Below are positions 59,365 to 64,000 of a stretch of DNA of 64,000 nt, in pieces. The stretch is from the NCBI GenBank assembly GCA_963778545.1, contig CAVZUW010000007.1, positions 8,942 through 72,941 of the forward strand, read 5' to 3'. Source of the stretch: an uncultured Actinomycetes bacterium. Lineage in GTDB: Bacteria > Actinomycetota > UBA4738 > HRBIN12. The notes beneath the pieces were generated by a model that was given only the letters and a program-made list of their open reading frames with translations, was not told where the DNA came from and ran no database searches. The first letter of the stretch is position 1, and every line of letters starts with the position of its first letter. The position numbers and the translations under genes were made by a program.

Positions 59365-59420
59365 CACGTCAGCATCCCGACCGGCACAGCAGGAGCGTCC
59401 GGTCATCCCCGCAGCCGATC
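59365..59420 (-). pseudogene. ELLIDCEEDR module, copy E (degenerate remnant)
   Basis: The minus strand atcggctgcggggatgaccggacgctcctgctgtgccggtcgggatgctgacgtg aligns with atcgactgcgaggaggaccggacgctgagggcggtgctggtcggaatgctgcgagag of copy B. Confidence 0.35.
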
Positions 59421-59646
59421 GCCGGCTCCCGTTCCCGACCGGCTCCCGGCTGCGCGTTGTCAAGACGACGAGGCCGCCATGCAGGACGGGGGTCGAATCG
59501 CCGGGCCTCAGCCCGTCCACGGCTCCCTTGCCGCTCTCGACGCCGTGGGTGGATATTGGGTGGGGCAGATCTTCAGGTTGAGCTCCGGCGAGGAACGAGG
59601 ACGCGATTTCCCCAGGGCTCAGCCTCTTGGAGGCAACCGCTCCTGC

Positions 59647-59665
59647 AACCGCCGGCTCGCGGTGG
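59647..59665 (+). repeat. R2 copy 6 (partial)
   Basis: aaccgccggctcgcggtgg. Confidence 0.35.
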
Positions 59666-59704
59666 AAAGCTCAACCGAAAGATTCGCGAAGGAGCCGAGG
59701 AAGG

Positions 59705-60898
59705 ATGACGTCCAAGGGCAGACCGTCGACCGGCCGTCGGCTGCGCAGGTCGCTCGTCCCGGTCGTGGCGTCCGTCGTCCTGATCGTGGTCGTTGTCTTT
59801 GGGTGGGCATGGCTGTCGACCGATCGGTCCTCGATCGCACGGGCGATGATATGGATGGAGGCGGACGTCGGCGACCAGTACCGATTCCCATCCCGCCCGA
59901 TCCCCGCGCGCGAGGAGCCGAGTCTGCTGCCCACCGACATGGCGATCGATCTCCCCGCTCCGGCAGGGGCACGCGGCGGTCTCGACGGATTCCTTCGCCG
60001 CACCGACACCACTGCATTCCTGGTCGTTCACGACGACCGTCTGGTCTATGAGCGCTACTACGGCGGTGCGGAACGGTCGACGCTGCAGACGTCGTTCTCG
60101 GTCGCGAAGTCGTTCTTGTCGACGCTCGTAGGGATCGCGATCGACGAAGGCTTGATCGGGAGCATCGACGACCCGGTGACCGACTACGTCCCCGAGGTCG
60201 CCGAACGGGACCCGCGGTTCCGACGCATCACGCTCCGCCACCTGCTCTCGATGTCCTCGGGACTCCGGTACGAGGAACAGGCGATCCCGATCCTGCCCTG
60301 GGGTGACGACGTCGACACGTACTACGGGACCGACCTCCGCGACCTCGCTTTGAGCGCGACCGAGGTCGAGGGACCTCCCGGGACTGAGTGGGTCTACAAC
60401 AACTACAACCCGCTCCTGCTCGGGCTTGTCCTCGAGCGCGCGAGCGGGATGACGGTCTCCGACTTCATGGCCACCAGGCTGTGGCAGCCGCTCGGTGCCG
60501 AGTTCGACGCTACGTGGAGCCTCGACTCAGAGGCATCCGGGTTCGAGAAGCTAGAGAGCGGCCTCAACATCGCGCCGGTTGACTACGCGCGTTTCGGCCA
60601 GCTGTTCCTGCACGGGGGTGCGTGGAACGGTGAACGCATCCTGTCCGAGGACTGGGTCCGCTCAGCGACCGACGCCGAGGCCACGACCGACCCGGCGGGC
60701 TTCTATCAGCACTTCTGGTGGATCGACACCGAGCGCCCTGAACGCTTCTTCGCGCTAGGGAACTTCGGCCAGTACGTCTATGTAGCGCCCGACGCGGAGA
60801 CCGTCATCGTCCGCAACGGCAGCGACTGGGGGATCGTCAACGACGAGTGGGTGGCGAGGTTCCGGAAGATAGCCGACGGGTTGGCGGGGACATCGTGA
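59705..60898 (+). CDS. serine hydrolase (beta-lactamase/PBP4-like family), membrane-anchored
   Basis: ATG 59705. TM anchor VASVVLIVVVVFGWAWL. S-x-x-K motif FSVAKSF. Also ITLRHLLSMSSGL and YNNYNPLLLG. Confidence 0.75.
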   Translation: MTSKGRPSTGRRLRRSLVPVVASVVLIVVVVFGWAWLSTDRSSIARAMIWMEADVGDQYRFPSRPIPAREEPSLLPTDMAIDLPAPAGARGGLDGFLRRTDTTAFLVVHDDRLVYERYYGGAERSTLQTSFSVAKSFLSTLVGIAIDEGLIGSIDDPVTDYVPEVAERDPRFRRITLRHLLSMSSGLRYEEQAIPILPWGDDVDTYYGTDLRDLALSATEVEGPPGTEWVYNNYNPLLLGLVLERASGMTVSDFMATRLWQPLGAEFDATWSLDSEASGFEKLESGLNIAPVDYARFGQLFLHGGAWNGERILSEDWVRSATDAEATTDPAGFYQHFWWIDTERPERFFALGNFGQYVYVAPDAETVIVRNGSDWGIVNDEWVARFRKIADGLAGTS

Positions 60899-60941
60899 TG
60901 GTCCCCGTTTCGAGAACGATGGGTCCGATCCGCACGGGCCG

Positions 60942-61090
60942 TCACTGCGAAGAGTCCCGGTTTCGCCGCGTAGGAGAGGTTGGGAACTGCTTGCCGGTGT
61001 AGAGCTTGAGATCTCGCGAGGCGAACCCCCGGCTGACGAGAGACGACTCCGCGGGTTGCGCCTCGTCGACGTCGGAGAGGATTACGGCTG
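60942..61090 (-). pseudogene. truncated paralogue of the 13229..13684 gene
   Basis: ..AVILSDVDEAQPAESSLVSRGFASRDLKLYTGKQFPTSPT.. compares with ..LVVILSDADEAERAEADLVTQGFAPRDIKLYTGKQILENYE.. Confidence 0.5.
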
Positions 61091-61369
61091 ACCGGCATCC
61101 CGAGGAAAGGGCGACTCGTTCGATGCCGGGATCGGAGCAGGATGCTGATCCGGCGCCTCGTCTTCGCGACCCGACGTGACGCGGTCGAAGATGTGCTCGG
61201 TGAAGATCAGGGCAGCGTTGCCCACCGAATCTCCCAAGCGGGCCGGGAGGTCGGCCTTGAATCGCAACGCTTCCAGCGTCTCGGCCATCCGCGTCCGCGC
61301 CGACGCGATGTCGGCGCGGATCTCGGCTACTCGGTCGATCGGAGGCGTTCGGCTTCGCGATGAATCCAT
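61082..61369 (-). CDS. DUF3618-like protein, paralogue of 12903..13145
   Basis: ATG 61369: MDSSRSRTPPIDRVAEIRADIASARTRMAETLEALRFKADLPARL... Confidence 0.45.
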   Translation of the reverse strand: MDSSRSRTPPIDRVAEIRADIASARTRMAETLEALRFKADLPARLGDSVGNAALIFTEHIFDRVTSGREDEAPDQHPAPIPASNESPFPRDAGQP

Positions 61370-61758
61370 GCCATGTCCTCTCGTGCGGTCTCGATCGTGG
61401 CTGTGGGCGCCAACGACCCCACCGCCCGCATCCTGGCTCGTCCAATGAGCACCATGACAACGGCGACCAGGACGAGCACCGTGCCGACGATGAGGGTGGC
61501 CGCCCACGGCGGGAGTACGATCGCGAGCCCCAACACCGCAGCCGCGACCAGCGTGCCCAAAGCGAGCAAGGCGACCACCGCCGCGCCGGCGAGGATCCCT
61601 CCGGCGAGCCCGAGGCGCGACCCTTTGTCCTTCACCTCCAGCTTCGCGAGCTCGGCCTCCCGCCTCAGCATCAGCCGGAGGTCGGCCAGCAGGGAGCGCA
61701 GGAGCTCGCTCGGTGATGCCTCGCGTAGATGCTCTCGATCGGTTGGGACGGATGCCAT
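61327..61758 (-). CDS. actinobacterial Holin-X-like membrane protein, paralogue of 12457..12930
   Basis: 143 aa: ELLRSLLADLRLMLRREAELAKLEVKDKGSRLGLAGGILAGAAVVALLALGTL...TLIVGTVLVLVAVVMVLIGRARM. Confidence 0.6.
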   Translation of the reverse strand: MASVPTDREHLREASPSELLRSLLADLRLMLRREAELAKLEVKDKGSRLGLAGGILAGAAVVALLALGTLVAAAVLGLAIVLPPWAATLIVGTVLVLVAVVMVLIGRARMRAVGSLAPTATIETAREDMAWIHREAERLRSTE

Positions 61759-61884
61759 CGTCGTCTCCTGCCCTCGGTCGTGGCTTGCGTCTTTCCCGAG
61801 TCGGTCGTTCTTACACCAACACGTTTGGGCTCCCGACCTTCGGGAAGAAACCCGAGCCAGGCAACGGGAGCAACGGAGGCGACA

Positions 61885-62433
61885 GTGGCGGGCATCGAAC
61901 GAACAGCATCACCTTCATCGGCACAACAGCTTCAGGACGCCGGCAAGGCGGTCGTCGGCGCCGCCGGGACGGTTGCCGTCGACCGTGTCCGAGCCGAGGT
62001 CGACCTGCGGTCAAGCCGTGTGGCGGTCGAGCTGAAGACCTTCGCCAACGCCTTCCGGGCGTCCGCTTCGAGCCTCCGTGAGCAGGGTCACGGCAGCGAG
62101 GCCGAGATGGTGGATCAGTTCGCCGGGCGGGCCGATCGACTGGCGGCACACCTCGCCACGGCGAGCACCGACGAGCTCCTGGAGAACGCGAAGCAGCTCT
62201 CCGGGGAGGCGGTGGCCTTCGCCCGTCGAGAACCTGCCCTCGTGGTGGCCGGCGCCTTCACGATCGGCCTGCTGATCCCGAAGGTCCTCGACGTGATCGC
62301 GACGAGACGGGACTCCGATCGGTCGCGACGCCAGTCAAGCACGGACGTCGCAGTGGTGACCGCTGGTCCGACCGATGCGAGAGAGATTGAAGCGACCGTG
62401 ATCGTGACACCCGAGACGGAGGAGGACGCATGA
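61885..62433 (+). CDS. hypothetical membrane-anchored protein
   Basis: GTG 61885 follows GGAGG. A helical N-terminal region is followed by one TM helix (PALVVAGAFTIGLLIPKVL). Confidence 0.4.
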   Translation: MAGIERTASPSSAQQLQDAGKAVVGAAGTVAVDRVRAEVDLRSSRVAVELKTFANAFRASASSLREQGHGSEAEMVDQFAGRADRLAAHLATASTDELLENAKQLSGEAVAFARREPALVVAGAFTIGLLIPKVLDVIATRRDSDRSRRQSSTDVAVVTAGPTDAREIEATVIVTPETEEDA

Positions 62434-62930
62434 CGCCCGCAAAGGCAACGAATCGAACGAAGGGGACGGCACAGAATGGCCATGGCCCCATCTCGAGCGT
62501 GATGGGTAAGGCCGGTGACGCTGCATCGGTGGTGGGGTCCGGTGCCAAGAAGACGGGATCCGGGGCAAGGAAGGTCGTCGGCGCCGTCGCCAAGAACCCC
62601 TTGCTGGCCGCCACCGGCGCGGCAGTGCTGGGCGCGGCGATCGGCGGGACCGCTCTCGCTCGCGAACGCAGGCAGAAGAACAAGAAGTCGTCGAGCAAGA
62701 GGGCTCCGGCGAAGAAGTCGTCGAGCAAGAAGACCTCGGCCCGAAAGAGCGGCGCGAGGAAGTCGCCCGCACGTTCGTCGGCCAAGAAGCCATCAACCAG
62801 GAAGACGTCAACGAAAACGAGCGCGAAGAAATCCCCGGCCCGCAAGCGGACTTCGTCGTCAAAGCGCAGCGGCACCAAGCGATCAACAGCGACGCGCAAA
62901 CGGACCGGCTCTCGCTCGAGCAGCTCTTAA
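62430..62930 (+). CDS. basic-tail (K/S/R-rich, histone-like) membrane-associated protein
   Basis: 166 aa. Its start overlaps the upstream stop. ...LLAATGAAVLGAAIGGTAL is followed by KKSSSKRAPAKKSSSKKTSARKSGARKSPARSSAKKPSTRKTSTKTSAKK... Confidence 0.55.
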   Translation: MTPAKATNRTKGTAQNGHGPISSVMGKAGDAASVVGSGAKKTGSGARKVVGAVAKNPLLAATGAAVLGAAIGGTALARERRQKNKKSSSKRAPAKKSSSKKTSARKSGARKSPARSSAKKPSTRKTSTKTSAKKSPARKRTSSSKRSGTKRSTATRKRTGSRSSSS

Positions 62931-63107
62931 GGCGCGGTTCTTGGGCATCTCAGTTCGGGCCGGCGTCAGCAGTCGCTCAGGAATTCGACCTGAGCGACCA
63001 CCCGGGCCTCTTGGGCGAGGATAAGAGCATCGGAGACGGGAGGCAGCTTCGTCGCACCCATCTACCCGTCCAGAGTGACGGAGCGTCTAAGACTCAGGCT
63101 CGCCACG

Positions 63108-64000
63108 ATGCCGGATAGGACTACTCGTTTGAGGCGCGTTCGTTTCAGGCCAATCGTCACGATGCTGTTCGTCCTGTCGGCGAGCTCGCTCGTCGTCTGT
63201 ACGGACGAGGCAATCGACGAACCGCCACTCTCTGGACGGTCTCCAACGCCCGAAGCAACGGGGCTGACTCCGTCCGGCGAACCGTCTTGTCCGCGGGTCG
63301 TCGAGAGCACCGTGACGGGGACGGTCGCAGATCCCGCACTCGATGAGATCTCCGGCATGGTCGTGGGCCACCGGCTGGGCGGCGTCCTTTGGGTACAGGA
63401 GGACTCGGGCAACGAGACCGCGGTGTACGCGCTCAAGCCGACAGGCGAGGTCGTGGCGGAGGTTGCGGTGGATGGTGCGACGAACGTGGACTGGGAGGAC
63501 CTCGCATGGGCGAAAGGACACCTTTGGATCGGCGACATCGGCGATAACAACCGGAAGCGTTCGAAGCTCCGCGTGTACTCGTTCCGCGAACCCGGCGATC
63601 GCGGTGTGACGAGTGTCGACGCGGCGATGGTGCGGCTTCGATATGAGGACGGTCCGCACGACGCCGAGGCGATGTTCGTCGATCCCCGCGACGAACGCCT
63701 GTACCTCATCGTGAAGGAACTCACCAGGGCAATGAGCGCCGTGTACAGCGTCTCGCTGCCCGAGGTGAGTCCGGGCGAGGTCGGCGTGCTCCGCGTGGTC
63801 GCCCATATCCCGCTATCAACCGTCACCTCGGCCAACCTCGGCCCCGCAGGGATCGCGGTCAGGAACTATGAGACCGCCCTCGTATTCCCTTGGTTGGACG
63901 ACCAGACCGTCGTCTCGACGCTGGAAGGGATGCCGTGTCCAGCCTCGCTCGGGTCGAGCGAGGCCATCGCGCAGACGCCCGATGGCACAGCCCTGTACTC
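63108..64000 (+). CDS. secreted/lipoprotein hypothetical protein (3' end runs off the window)
   Basis: Absent from the track (no stop). My translation from ATG 63108 reads MPDRTTRLRRVRFRPIVTMLFVLSASSLVVCTDEAID...ISGMVVGHRLGGVLWVQEDSGNETAVYALKP...DWEDLAWAKGHLWIGDIGDNNRKRSKLRVYSF...AEAMFVDPRDERLYLIVKE. It competes with two minus-strand track ORFs that look like antisense artefacts. Confidence 0.55.
   Translation, partial: MPDRTTRLRRVRFRPIVTMLFVLSASSLVVCTDEAIDEPPLSGRSPTPEATGLTPSGEPSCPRVVESTVTGTVADPALDEISGMVVGHRLGGVLWVQEDSGNETAVYALKPTGEVVAEVAVDGATNVDWEDLAWAKGHLWIGDIGDNNRKRSKLRVYSFREPGDRGVTSVDAAMVRLRYEDGPHDAEAMFVDPRDERLYLIVKELTRAMSAVYSVSLPEVSPGEVGVLRVVAHIPLSTVTSANLGPAGIAVRNYETALVFPWLDDQTVVSTLEGMPCPASLGSSEAIAQTPDGTALY

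Noticed and set aside
53013-59665. R2 repeats interpreted as a CRISPR array.
   Set aside because: Spacing is 0.8-2.5 kb and irregular. The intervening DNA contains genes, the repeats carry indels, and no cas genes are present.
48910-59665. Calling the integrase plus R2-delimited modules a bona fide integron.
   Set aside because: - I cannot verify the IntI-specific insertion in the recombinase by eye.
- R2 lacks the clear R''-L''/L'-R' imperfect palindrome of attC sites.
- Module genes are in mixed orientation.
- About 3 kb of element-type genes separate the integrase from the first repeat.
It is kept only as a cassette-like observation.
63062-63835. Minus-strand ORFs of 257 and 239 aa.
   Set aside because: They are antisense to a plus-strand frame that is open from ATG 63108 to the window end. 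That frame has a signal/lipobox and non-repetitive, domain-like sequence.

Overview
This 64-kb window is compositionally mosaic. G+C figures below are my own spot counts of single 60-nt lines.

(1) Positions 1 to ~3.93 kb are a lower-G+C segment (50-57%). It carries a CheB/CheR-fusion signalling gene that runs off the window start, a delta-9 fatty-acid desaturase and a glycine-zipper stress protein. It is joined abruptly, inside a chimeric-looking in-frame ORF, to the next part.

(2) A ~70% G+C, actinobacterium-like backbone spans 3.93-35.6 kb and 44.1-48.7 kb. It carries:
- MFS, P-type ATPase and SulP transporters, PPK2 and an orphan ABC permease
- a P450, a glutamine-synthetase-like gene, a GNAT and two FAH-family genes
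- an acetoacetate-decarboxylase-like gene, a YcaQ-like gene, gltX, an Amidase_2 gene and a GalT-like HIT enzyme
- a ~1200-aa adenylate-cyclase/AAA/TPR regulator that reads without a stop into a Rieske domain
- an orphan HisKA_3 histidine kinase
- icd flanked by two phosphoesterase paralogues, tRNA-Glu(CUC) and tRNA-Gln(CUG)

Several backbone genes are broken by 1-nt frame changes, and at least one sits in a homopolymer run. This could be indel-prone assembly or real gene decay, and I cannot tell which from one sequence.

(3) Two lower-G+C accessory blocks (53-55% in spot counts):
- 35.6-44.0 kb abuts the 3' end of tRNA-Glu. It holds a STAS plus GAF-PP2C-HATPase partner-switching pair, a hemerythrin, a histone-like repeat protein and small membrane proteins.
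- 48.8 to ~59.7 kb starts with a tyrosine integrase, DUF3631, a small-terminase-like gene and an RHH gene. An array of very small ORFs follows, punctuated by two repeat families.

Most interesting observations:
- A split-borosin-like RiPP pair at 32.3-33.4 kb (73-aa precursor-like ORF plus a SonM/OphMA-like TP_methylase-fold enzyme).
- A five-copy small coding module (motif ELLIDCEEDRTLRAVLVGMLRE) that differs between copies mainly by synonymous changes.
- A ~38-nt same-orientation, CTAG-associated intergenic repeat that recurs about every 1 kb.
- Two tiny classical C2H2 zinc-finger ORFs.
- A ~120-nt structured repeat present twice.

All family assignments come from reading translations by eye. 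No database search was run.
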